Shown: positions 51,036-62,033 of the stretch, in pieces
Layout: each line of letters opens with the position of its first letter
How positions within the stretch are numbered: position 1 is the first letter of the stretch
Assembly (NCBI RefSeq): GCF_009834535.1
Contig: NC_045696.1
Span: 62,312,001 to 62,376,000, forward strand
Reading direction: 5' to 3'
Origin: Camelus ferus
Lineage: Eukaryota
Length of the DNA: 64,000 nt
The notes under the pieces: model-generated
What the model saw: the letters and a program-made list of their open reading frames with translations, nothing else
Told to the model about the DNA's origin: nothing
The model's database searches: none
Made by a program: the position numbers and the translations under genes

Positions 51036-51164
51036 AGAGAGATTTCAGCAGGGGAATACCACATCAGACGTATTTTAATAAGATAACTCTCACTGGGTTA
51101 AGAATAGACTGAGGATGGACAAAGGCAGAAGCAGGAAGACCATTTAGAAACTATGGCAGTAATC

Positions 51165-51263
51165 CAGGACCATCATGTACAGCTATGCAGGTTGTGCACT
51201 GCACAACTCCAGGAAAATGTGAAAAAGTATTCCCTGGAGATATATAAAGGGCTGCCAGCCCTG
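51165..51263 (+). mobile_element. MER91-like hAT-Tip100 fragment
   Basis: gcaggttgtgcactgcacaac core; ends cagccctg. Confidence 0.55.
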
Positions 51264-52115
51264 GTGGAAACCATGGAGGTAATTAGAAGTGGTCAAAGTC
51301 TGGCTATGTTTTGAAGGTATAGCCCATTGCAATTTACTAACAAATTAAATGCAGGATATGAAAGAAGGAAGAATCAAAGATACTTCCAAGATTTTTGGTG
51401 CAGATGTAAAAAATGATATTAGTATAATTGACAGATTAAGGAGTTGTCCTATTCATAAGTGCTTACTGCATTTCAAATCAAAGTGTACAAGCCCAGTATT
51501 CTGGTCCTTGCCAGGCCCCTCCAAATAGTCTCTCCAAATATATTTTTCTCATCTACCCATTATATCATTTGCTATGCCATCTCTCAGTAAGCCCTGTACT
51601 TTCCAGTTTTTGTGATTTGCTCATCCTATACCAAATCTGATGTCTCCTTCATCTACTAAGTCCTAACTGATTCAAATAATACCTCCTTCAAGATACCTTT
51701 CCTGATTCCCTAAATCAAAACTCAATCTCCTGCCCATACTTGCATTTCACTCCTTCCTTCTGTGCCTCTGAAACAGCACTTAACCTAAGTTGTGCAGTAT
51801 TAGAGGTATTTCTGTTTATAACCAACCACAGCCCTCACCTGACCACCAATCTCAACCTGGACTGTGAGCATCCCACAAATAAGACTCACGTGTTCTATCA
51901 CTGACCAAGGCTGGTGTCTGACAGGAAGCAGACACTTTGTAAATGTGTACTGAAAGAATATGAAAGCTACACAAATTTCAAAGGTCAGCTTCCTCGCCCG
52001 CTAGGGGTATATGCCCTGTGCAGGGCCAGGCTCCAACGCTCTGGTGAAAAGTAGGACTTTTGCTGCTTCATAAAGGACCCCAGCAGCAGGAGGCCCACGG
52101 TAATGAAACGTGTAC

Positions 52116-52340
52116 CTCTGCAAACCCTCGCAGGGTTAGACAGTGATTCAGCATCAGCTGACTCCAAGCAGATTTTGGCAAACTGGCTGGAAAAAACCAC
52201 GCGCTGCTCAAGGGAGCTCAACATCACGCTCAGCTCCAAACCCTCCCCCAGCAGCGCGCGGCCCCGAGAAGCGGACACTGCCCTGGCGCAAATCTGCGAC
52301 GCGCTCCAGCACGCCGGCAGAGCGCGCAGGCGCCAACTCG
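52116..52340 (-). other. BDH1: Candidate BDH1 first exon
   Basis: Lies just downstream (minus sense) of the CCAAT/E-box cluster; candidate donor GAG|gtacac after 52116 is only moderate; TSS is a guess. Confidence 0.4.
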
Positions 52341-53760
52341 CTCAGCGCAGCTCCAAGCCCCACACTTTGGACGGAGCAGCCAATCACGTGGCCGCAGTCC
52401 CTTCCTATCCACCAGAGGCGGGGAGCGGAGGGGGCACGGCCCCAGTGGCGCTCCCATTGGCTGAGATGGCACCATCCAAACAAAGCCGGGCTGTCCTCGC
52501 TCCAGTGCGCTGCGGGGGCTCCAGGACTTGCTGGCCCGGGCCCACCACTACCCCAGCATCCCCGGCCTGCCCCCATGGCTCCTCCACCTCGCTCGGTCCT
52601 CCTCCTCTCCCGGTCCTATGGCCTGTACGGTCCTCCAGCAATAGCCAGCTCCGCTTGTACTCAAGGAAGCTGGGACCGCGGCCTGTCCTGTCCAGCATTC
52701 TTCCCGAGGGCACAACGGGAGGAGAGGAAGCACCCCACTCCCACCCCCCAAATCCCCGAGAACAGAGCCTCGTGGAGGACGCAGGAAGACGAGGGATACG
52801 GGGCAGAACCGGAGAGAAGGGAGCAGTGCCTAGAGCTCGGGCTAGGAGGCAGGACTACCGCTCGGCCTCTGAATACGATGTGACCTTGGGCCAGTTTCTT
52901 CCCTTATTGGGACTGGGCTCGTCTTCTGTGAAACGCGGCCGCTGAGAAGGATAAGTGCTGAGGGTTTCACCTGGGAGACTCGGGCCGTGTGTTCAAACCG
53001 GGACTCCTTTTGCCAAGTATGTTATTCCGAGTAATAAAGGTCAGGACGGACGCCCTGGACAGAAGGTCCAGGAGGGCGGCGGATGAGGACAACCTGGAGA
53101 TGAGACGGGTCTGGTTGGGATAGGTCCCTCTTTCCACTCTTACTCCCGCCGCAGCCCCAGGGCCCAGCCTACAGGACTTGATGTCCCCCTCCCCACCCGC
53201 ATCCTGGCGACCGGGCTAAAAGGCAGTGCAAGTTCAAACCAAACCAAGAAGAGGGCGCCGGTGCATCACGCCGATCTGCAGAGCTGCGGACCCCTACTCT
53301 TACCCCAAAGCAAACGGGTGCAGGGGCTGCAGCTACTGGGGGCTCAGCTGGTGCGTTCGCCGTCACCCCGCGCTTCGCAGGTACCGGCGCTCGGGTCTTG
53401 TACCACCGAGTCGGGCCGCTACCGCCGTTTGCTTCTCGAAGCCCCCCAACCGGCTCCCACTCCTGCGGCCTCCTGCCTCAGCTACCGGCGTGCTGCTATA
53501 TACCTTGGGTTCGCTTCGTAGGGCTGCGCAGGGCGGAGCCAGACGGCAGGCGTCGCCGGGGCGGGGACCGTTCCCGCGCCGACTCCTTCGTCCTGCGGAG
53601 TCCCGCCTAGCCCTTCTCCCGCAGAGGATCCCCCAGTCGCTAGGTGCTCAGCCCGAGATTAAACCCTGCCGCCAGTCCGTCTTGGTCCTAAAGAGGGTGT
53701 AGATTTCCTCCACCGCCATGCCCCTTCTGCAGCAGGCGGGAAAAGATTTCAACCCCGAGG
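52190..53760. promoter_or_regulatory. BDH1: CpG island / BDH1 promoter
   Basis: Dense CpG ~7 kb upstream of the first coding exon; CCAAT 52380-52384 abutting E-box CACGTG 52385-52390; minus-strand CCAAT 52456-52460; NRF1-like GCGCAGGCGC 52324-52333. Confidence 0.8.
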
Positions 53761-54534
53761 GGTTGCGGGCAGGGTGTAGATGCTGCTCCAGGAAGTGAGG
53801 AAACCTGGCTCCTCCCAGGTCCTATGCACGTTTGCTGTCTTTCGAGCTCGTCCTGGTTGTTGGTTGATTGATTTTTAAATTTGTCTTTTGATTAGATGAA
53901 ATTTATTTAAAAATTTGTTCCTATGGGTTTTAACAAATAAGTTAGAAATAGTACAGCTTCTCAGTTTCAGCAATACAACACCAGAGGTCAATCCGCCACA
54001 GATCAGGCTCCCCTGCCAAGTTTTCAGGATGAGAAACCGGCTGAGGAGAAGGAACCTATGGGGCAAATTAGTGGCAGAGCTATGTTTAGGTCAAATTAGA
54101 GAAGGACTGACTGGAAAGGGATCAGGCAGATGAAAATAGAAAGGAAGGAAGGACCTGGAGGGACTTTAATGAAGCCTGTCACTTCTGTTACTTGAGCTTC
54201 TTGAGGGCTGAGGCTGTGTCTTACTTCTTTACCCCCGGCTCCTGGCACATAGAGTTTTAAAGGCTGGGAGAACCATAAATGTAGGATGCACTGGGTTCTC
54301 TGTACCCATTTCACAGACATACTCAAGCTTGCTTCTGCGCTGTGTTTCAGAATAGTCCCTGGTACAGCATGCCACAGCCATAACATAAATCTTTATAATG
54401 AGTCACCAGGTTACACTTTGCAGGTCATGCATTGCTAGAAAAGTAGTCAGCTAAAGGAAGAGTTAATATTTCTACCTAGGAATACCATAGATGCTGTCTG
54501 TGAACTGAGAATTAATAGAAATAAAGTTCTATTT

Positions 54535-55095
54535 ATGGAAGACAAAGACAGGACATTTGAAGGTCAGTGGCTGATCTCACACCCTCCCTGCCCATCTTTT
54601 TATTCCAGTTTTGCTGTGGCAACCAACCACTTACGGGTATAACCTGAAATCACCTTGCCTCAGCTGTACCTGGTATCTTCCTGTCTCAAGACTTCTCTGT
54701 CGCTGCAGCCTAGGACCCCTGCAGGAAGCCACAGCCCATTCTGACATATGCATGAACCTGGAAGTGCAAAGGAATTAACATGTCCTGGGACAACTTTTGA
54801 CCAAGGCAGACAGGAGCTGGTGGAGAAATATTCCACTCTTCTGTTCTTCCAGTGGGCAGTTCCAAGGTACTTTCTATACCACACCTAAGATGATAGAGCC
54901 CTGGCTGCCTGTAGTCGTGCCCGACTTGATCAGCTCAATAATGCACCCTTGGATTGCCTTTCTCTTTCCTTCCTTGTCTGTTTGACTCTTCCCAGTCCTC
55001 CACTACCCTTCCTTGGGATTCATTCCCCAAATAAACTACCAGCATACAAGTTCTTGCTCCAAGTCTGTTTGGTGGGGGGAACCCAGGCTAAGCCA
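54535..55095 (+). mobile_element. ERVL solo LTR (LTR16-like)
   Basis: 3' end cccaaataaactacc...ggggaacccaggctaagcca typical of the LTR16 group; 5' boundary approximate. Confidence 0.6.
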
Positions 55096-58000
55096 ATGGT
55101 TAATCCAAAAGAGGCATCTCAGCTCACTGTTCATGGTCATTGTCAGCAGACCTTTCTCAAGTCTTCTAACGAGAAATCAGTTTGCTCATTTTATTCCCCA
55201 GTTGCCATGTGCTCTAGGGCATCAATAATAAGCTCTCAGAGGCAGGAAGGAAGTATCAGAAACTCCCAGGAGTTAGAGCCAGCTGAAAGGCTGTCTAGGT
55301 GAATGCCCAACAAAGCCATTCTCAGCCCCATTTTATACCTTTTCCCTCCTTCCAAGGTCCTGGCTGCTGACCTTCAAACTGAAGAAACTGAACTCTCAGA
55401 TCTGGGGTTGAATGTGGAAGCAGAGACAGAGTGGGACCCAGGTCACTCCCAACACAGCATGTACCAAGATTATGTCTCCTTGACCTCCCCTTCCTCTGCC
55501 CCCACTGTAAAAACAGTTCCTCTGCCCAGATGCAAGGTCTCAGGCCTGGGTCCTTGGAGCCTAGCACATTTCATCTCATTTCAACACCAGGAGGGTGCTG
55601 TTGCAGATTACCAAGCTAGGTTTGGGAGGAAACAGCCCTTAGTCCCAGCCTTCAAGAAGGAAATTAGACATATACATAAGCTAAATGAGTCATTAGAAGC
55701 CCTGTAAGTCTTCTTGAAGAGAGATATGTAAGTGTAGTGGGAGTTCTGACGAGGCTTCAGGACAGGCTCTGTAGAAGGGTAGCATCCTGAAAGACTCTCA
55801 GTTAGAATGAAGCACCTTCCAAAGATCCCCCTGCCCAGAGAACCGGTGTTTGTTCCTGTCCCTGTATTAGTTCCTAATTGCCTCCTAGTTCACACCCTTC
55901 CTGAATCCCAGCTCACGCTAATCATTCATCTTCCTAGGCCCCAGCCCTCCCCTTCTAGATCTGGCCCTGCCCCATCTCTGAATGCTGCTGCTCTTCTCTG
56001 CCTTTAGTGTAAGTGTTGAGTGCCAGATTGTGCAGGTTAAATCCTGCCCTTAGCCAGTTACCTAGAAGCCCTCCAGGAGCCTACAAGTGCTGTGCTGAGT
56101 TCTGCTGGGGGTTAGAGAAACACAACACCAAACTGTCCCAAACAACCGCAGGTCTTTCATTTGTTTGATGTGATTGAATTTTCTTTTTTAAAAAATTTTG
56201 TTTTTTGGGGTTTTTTTGGTTAGAAATCATGCCCTTAATCTGCAGAATTTTAGAAGTGCCAAGTAGCTTTTTCTATAATTGACAGTGAAGGAAAGAAAAA
56301 GCCTAATGTATTATTCTAGACAAAGCTGTAATGATCAGACTCTAGTGTGCTGAAGAGCTCTTGATCCTACTGTGACTTTAGCGCTGAATTCTGCCCATGG
56401 ATGAGAACTGGAGGCCCAACCTTCTCTCTCTAGTGAATGAGCAAGGAAAACTAGTGCTTGGACCTTGCAGTGAAAGAGGAATGTATCACGCATCCACATC
56501 CCCACTCCTTTTCTGTCTCTTGACTCTAATGTATTTAATTAAAATGATTGTTTCTTTAAGCCACAGAGTTGTGTTGTTTTGTGTATGTGTCTGTGTGTTG
56601 CAGGGGGAGGAGTAGTTTGGAAATTTAACCAAAGTTCTTTTGAGATAATTGGGATCTTTGAAGAGGGAATTGTATGAGGAGATAAAAAATACCTGTGTCC
56701 CCACCGGCGCCTGTCCTCCCTGAGCTACAGCACTGCGTGAAACCCCTTCCTTCTTTCCTTAATGCAGTTCACGCTGACTGAGTCCTGACATCCCAGGCAC
56801 TGTGCTTTGTGCTGGGAATGCAATAATCCCGTGCAGGGGCCCTGTCTTGAGTAATATGACTTGGCAGTTAATGACTGATCGCTGTGTACCAGATACTATG
56901 CCAAGTGCCTTGTGTGCATTATTTCTCTTCAACTCTGCAGCAACCCTAAAAGTGACTGAGATTATGCCCATTTTGCATCTGAGGAGGTTGTGGCCAGAAA
57001 GGTCAAATAATTGTCCATAGCTAGGAAAGGGCAGAGACAGTTCCCACACGTCTGTCCCACTCCAAAGACTTTCTTTCAGCACACCACCAACTGTTCTAAG
57101 CTTATTGCTTTGAAAAAAAAGAATAAAAATCCCAGTTTATAAGGCTACTTGAAGTTCAGAGTTTTTTTTTTAATAACCAGTTGGGCATTGTTTCTGTGAG
57201 TAATCTGAACAGAAGCTGGAATTGCTTTGCTTTGCTGAAATTCCTTTCAATGAGTACAATATAGATGCCAAGATCTGATGCCCTTAACTAGGAAAAGTCA
57301 TCAGAGGCCCTAACTGATCACATAAACTGAAAGACAAAAATATGGGGCAAAATTTTCAACCCTTATACCTAATTTAATTTTCTGAACTTCAAATTCTATT
57401 TTTTCAAAGAACATTTAAATGTTACAATAAACTGCTGTAAAAACCAGGATACAAAGCCATATGCTTATTTTGATTAATATCTTTTCAATTTTTCCCAATG
57501 AATGTGTATTATTTATATTTTCTGCTTATGGCTACCAGGGACAGAGCCTACTATTTCAAAAGCTGCTTGCCTCTCATTTTTGGGTTGCCAACACCTTTTC
57601 CCAAAGGCATATTTGTTCCTCCCCAAACCCCTCCCCTCAAACCAGGCTCTTCCCAAGACTTGAAGGTTTTCCTTCTGCTGACAGTTCTCATGCTCGACGT
57701 CCTTCATGTTAGCTGGCTGTAGCAAGGTTCCCTCAGTGTTACTGGCACTCAGGATCCTCTCCAGGCAAGTTACAAGCCAGGTACACCTGGAATCCTCTTA
57801 ATTCTCAGTTAACAGAATGTAACAGACACCCCTGCAAACCTCTTCCAGGCTTTCTGTGTGTGATCTCAATGTTTGCATTTAGCTAGGAAGGGAATTTCTC
57901 ACACTTATACAATAAGCATAGCCAATTGATACAATATTCAGAGTTCTGGATGTTTGTGTGTTTGTCATTGAAGAGGCAAAGTTCAGCTTCGTAACTGTTT

Positions 58001-58296
58001 TAAGCTTAAAATGTCTGGGAGTTTGGCCCTCTGACAAGCACAGGGTCAAGGTAGATGCCCTTGCTTAGGGATACATAAGAAAAAATAATGTCCAAGGGCA
58101 TCTCTGGCTGACTCCATCATGAGCTTGCCCTGCCAAGTGTGTGTGGGCATAAATGAGCTTAGGAACCAGCCTGAACAGAATGAGAACTATCCGGGGTGCC
58201 CTGAGCATAACCCAGAATCAGGACCTGAGAAAGACTGTAAGATGGCTTTGCACAGGATCAGCTGCAAGAAGGTGGGGCCAAAACACACCCCTTAAA

Positions 58297-58928
58297 CATC
58301 ACAATGGAGGTGAGGCAGAGTGTGCCTGAACACAGGAGATCCCTTAAGGGCGTCTCTTAGTATTACCATACCTGTAATTAAAGTCAATGGAAAATTACAG
58401 CAGCTGAATTCAGGCAGCATTACTAATGGTCTAGACCTTTCACAAATGAAGGTTTATAAAACTGGTCACCCCATCAGGTAAAGAACTATAATCTGCTGAG
58501 GGTAAAGGGAATATAGAATGGGCAGTGGAAAATGGTAATTATAAATACCAGCTGCAAGCTTGTGGCCAGTTACAGAACCGGGATTGTAATTGTCATGAGC
58601 ATTTCTTCCTTATTTTGTTATGAATATGTGTGTGATAGCTTTCTTTTCTCTCTTATCCCCTTGTAATGTAACATAAGATATTTTGACTCTACATCATAGT
58701 GTTTTACATCACAACTTTACATCATAGTATTTAAGTTATGGAATATGAAGAAGAGTGAACATCACCCAAGGACGCTGCATCCTCATTTGAGGAAAGGGTT
58801 AGTGCATTTTAGTTGTATACAGGGTAGTTGTATCATGTAGGTTGAATATTGACCTCATTATTATCTTTATTCAGAGAATGTCTTGTCTAGGGAGATGTAT
58901 ATGAATGCTAAATTGACACGAAGTGAAC
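58297..58928 (+). mobile_element. ERV-L internal 3' fragment (dUTPase/pol C-terminal remnant)
   Basis: Degenerate peptides HNGG..GDPL..LLVLP.PVIKVNGKLQQ and EGKGNIEWAVENGNYKYQL resemble the ERV-L 3' coding region; directly abuts an MLT2 LTR. Confidence 0.75.
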
Positions 58929-59352
58929 TATGATGGTTAATTTTATATGTCAACTTGGCTAGGCTACAGTGCCCAGATATTTGGTCAAACATTATCCTGA
59001 ATGGCTTTGTGAAGTTGTTTCTGAATGAGATTAACATTTAAATTGGTGGACTTCGAGTAAAGCAAATTACCCTCCATAATGTAGGTAGGCCTCATCCAAC
59101 CAAAATAAGTCCTTAGTAGAAAAAGACCTATCTTGCCAAAAGAAGAAGGAATTCTGCTGGCAGACAAACTTTGTTTTGAACCGCAACTCTTCCCTGGGTC
59201 TTTACCCTGCCAGCCTAACCTGTAGATTTTGGACTTGCCAAGACTCTACAATTTTATGGGCCAGTTCCTTAAAATCAACACATCTCTCTCTCTCTCTCTC
59301 CATCCATACACAGCCTGTTGGTTTGTTTCCCAGGAAAACTGTGACTGATACA
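58929..59352 (+). mobile_element. MLT2-type LTR (3' LTR of the ERV-L remnant)
   Basis: tatgatggttaattttatatgtcaacttggctaggcta...(CT)n...gactgataca, characteristic MLT2 termini. Confidence 0.85.
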
Positions 59353-59794
59353 CCCACTCAGAACAGTCTACTTCCCTGATTGGACCCTCATACAGCATTG
59401 AAACAGACCCTCTACTCTGGAATTAGTCCCTCTTTCTGTCTGGAAAGGCAGGAATCAACAGGAGCAGGAGAGCCTTACTCAGAGGTGGGGAGCACGGGCC
59501 AGAGTTAGGAGGGTTTGTCCCAGGCCAAGGGGGCACACGGTAAAGCTTGCTTTTCACCCTCTCCATCCCCTCAGGTCTCTGCGGTCACTGCCCTCCAGGG
59601 ACTCGGAGCCAACAGAGGTGGACAGACACCCGCAGCTTACTCCACTCCAAGGAAGCTCGGGTCGGATGATGTTACAGGCAAAACCATGAGGCTCTGCGAG
59701 GATGGAAGAGGGAGCGATTCCTTCAGATTAGGGCACAGGAAAAGGCTTCACAGAGGAGGTGACTGCCTTGGATCTCAGATTATAAGATAGGACA

Positions 59795-60405
59795 TTTTTC
59801 CTCCAAATTTTTATTTTGAAAAAGTTTAAACATACAAAAAAGATGAAGGAAGAGTACAATGAACACCCATATAGCCATAATCTAGATTCACCAATTGTTA
59901 ACAGTGTGTCACATTTCCTTCCTCTCTGTGTATGCAGACACACACGCACGTGTACACTTTGCTGACGTCATAACACAGCACTCACATATTTCAGTATGTA
60001 ACTCAAAAAACAAGGCAATTCTCCTATAAAATCATAATACTATGGTCACGTTCAAGAAATTTAACACTGATACCAATCATATGATTTAATTAATTTTAAT
60101 CAAATTCCTTCACTTACTTCTATAATGTCCTTTATTGTTTTATAGTTTTTCCCCTTAGTCAAGATTTCAATCAAGGATCATGACTTACATTTAGTTACCA
60201 TGTCACTAATTGAGATCAGTACCCTGCCTTTCTATTATGGGGGAGAGGGTCTTTCATTACACTGACAGTTTGATGAGTCCAGGCTAGCTCTTTTGCAAAA
60301 TATCCCGAAATCTGGATTTGTGTGATCATTTCGTCATGATTACATCCATCCTTCCTTGGTAGGCACACTATATAGGTGATTCTACCTACTACATAGGTAA
60401 CATTT
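59795..60405 (-). mobile_element. Old L1 3' UTR fragment
   Basis: tttttattttgaaaagtttaaacatacaaaaa..tacaatgaacacccatata start, typical of antisense L1MC/ME 3' ends. Confidence 0.65.
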
Positions 60406-61099
60406 GATCAGACTGAGATGGGGACGGGTACACCAGGCATAGGGAACAGCAAAAATTATGTCCCTTAGGTGTGAAGACGCCCAGCATGTCTGGAAATGGC
60501 TGTGACTCCAGGGAGCTGCACTGGGGCGTGCGGCATGTGGACAGAGGGCAGGACAAGGGTAAGTGGTGGGAGGATGGCCAGGGAAATTTGGTCCACATTC
60601 ACTGGCCTTTGTCCAGAGGGCACTGGGGAATCACAGCCTCTGGAGGCATATTAGCTTTTCATAAAAGAGCCTCAAAGACCAAAAAGCCTTCAAGACCCAA
60701 ATAAATGAGTCTCATATGGTGGAATCTTGGGCCCAGAGAGATTTTGAACAATGGGGCCCTCCCAAGCAACCCCCAGCACGTGACATATTATTAATTGGAA
60801 AAAGAAAAAATCTCATATGAAAAGGAGCATAGTTACTTTTCACGTCATTTTTCTTTCTTTCACTATTGTGTACAGTTCTGTCTTAGCCATTTTCCTTAGA
60901 GGTGTTTCCTTTAGCCCCTCACATCCTTCCCCTACCTTTCTCTCTCCTTCCCAGTCACCCAAGCCTAAAACCTGAGATTCCCCCAGATGTCCTCCCCTTC
61001 ACCTCTCACATCCAGCCTACCTGGCCCAGCCCTCTGTGCTGCTGCCACAGTGGAGGGTGGGGGAAGGCAGGAGATGGAGAACCTGACCAAACTGATTTG

Positions 61100-61870
61100 G
61101 AGTGAGTAAATATGTAAAATTAAGCAGGATCATTTTGAAAAATGCCTCATAAGATCAAAACATACTATAAAGCTAAGCTAGTTAGAAAAGTATGGTTCAC
61201 GTGCATGAGTAGAAAATGCAGATTAATGGAACAAATGAGCAGTCCGGAAACAGAACCACAAATTAGTGGAAATTTAATATACGATAAGAGTGGCATTGCC
61301 AATCAAAAAAAGATAAATTATTTAATGATAAAGGGACAATTATCTATGTATATACAATACATAAAAATTAAAGATCTAAAAGTGAAAACTGAAACTATAA
61401 AAATACTAGAGGAAAATATGAGCCTATTTTTATAGTTTTATGGTTGGGAAAGGATTTGCTAACCCCAACATATTGCCAGGAGACATAAAGGAAAAGACTA
61501 AAAGATTAGACTACATAAAAATTTAAACTTTTGTACAAGGAGAGCCACCATTCAAATCATTGGCTGAGAGAAAACATTTGCAACATATATAACACATAAG
61601 GGCTACAATTCAACAACATATAAAGTGCTCCTACATGTGAATAAGAAAAAGGTAAATAATCTAATTTTAAAAATACACAAAGGATAAATAAATCACAAAA
61701 AATATTATCAACATAACTTGTCACTGATGCTGTTAACCAGATCACTTGGTTAAGTGTGTCTGCCAGGTTTCTACGCTGAAAAGTTCCTATTTTTCCTTTT
61801 CCATATTATTCTTTGGATGCGAATCACTGAGTCCAGCCTACACTCAAGGGGGAGGGAATTAAGCTCCAAA
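61100..61870. mobile_element. Degenerate L1 ORF2 fragment (plus strand) followed by an antisense L1 3' piece
   Basis: ORF 61142..61435 KTYYKA..VW..SPETEPQISGNLIYDK resembles L1 ORF2. Confidence 0.7.
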
Positions 61871-61905
61871 CCAGTGTATTACTTCTTTAATTGAAAAGAC
61901 TCCTG

Positions 61906-62033
61906 GTGGGGATGGTATAGCTCAGTGGTAGAGTGCATGCCAAGCATGCAGGAGGTCCTGGGTTCAATTCCCAGTACCTCTGTTAAATAAATAAACCAAA
62001 TTACCTCCTCCCACTAAGAAAAACTGAAAGAAA
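61906..62033 (+). mobile_element. tRNA-derived SINE (vic-1-like)
   Basis: tagctcagtggtagag...gggttcaattcccagtacc; TSD gaaaagactcctg 61893-61905 and gaaaagacttctg 62034-62046. Confidence 0.88.

Larger units (their letters stand above)
14525..52340 (-). other. BDH1: BDH1 gene span (approximate TSS to approximate poly(A) site); spliced CDS = complement join(45293-45375,36825-36897,36039-36149,24794-24935,18234-18386,16397-16866), 343 aa
   Basis: Exon lengths 83+73+111+142+153+470=1032 nt, phases compatible, GT-AG at all five junctions. Protein MLTARLSRPLSQLPRK...TGCDSGFG...NNAG...NISS...YCITK...SDRIYIH matches mammalian BDH1. The ends of the span are inferred. Confidence 0.93.

Noticed and set aside
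52103..52945. Long ORFs (280 aa and 246 aa, plus strand) and overlapping minus-strand ORFs
   Set aside because: They lie in the GC-rich CpG island where stops are rare; all frames are open, with low-complexity Pro/Ala/Arg peptides and no recognisable domain.
61906..61990. tRNA-like sequences (also ~46935 and ~38820)
   Set aside because: A-rich tails and TSDs show these are SINEs, not tRNA genes.
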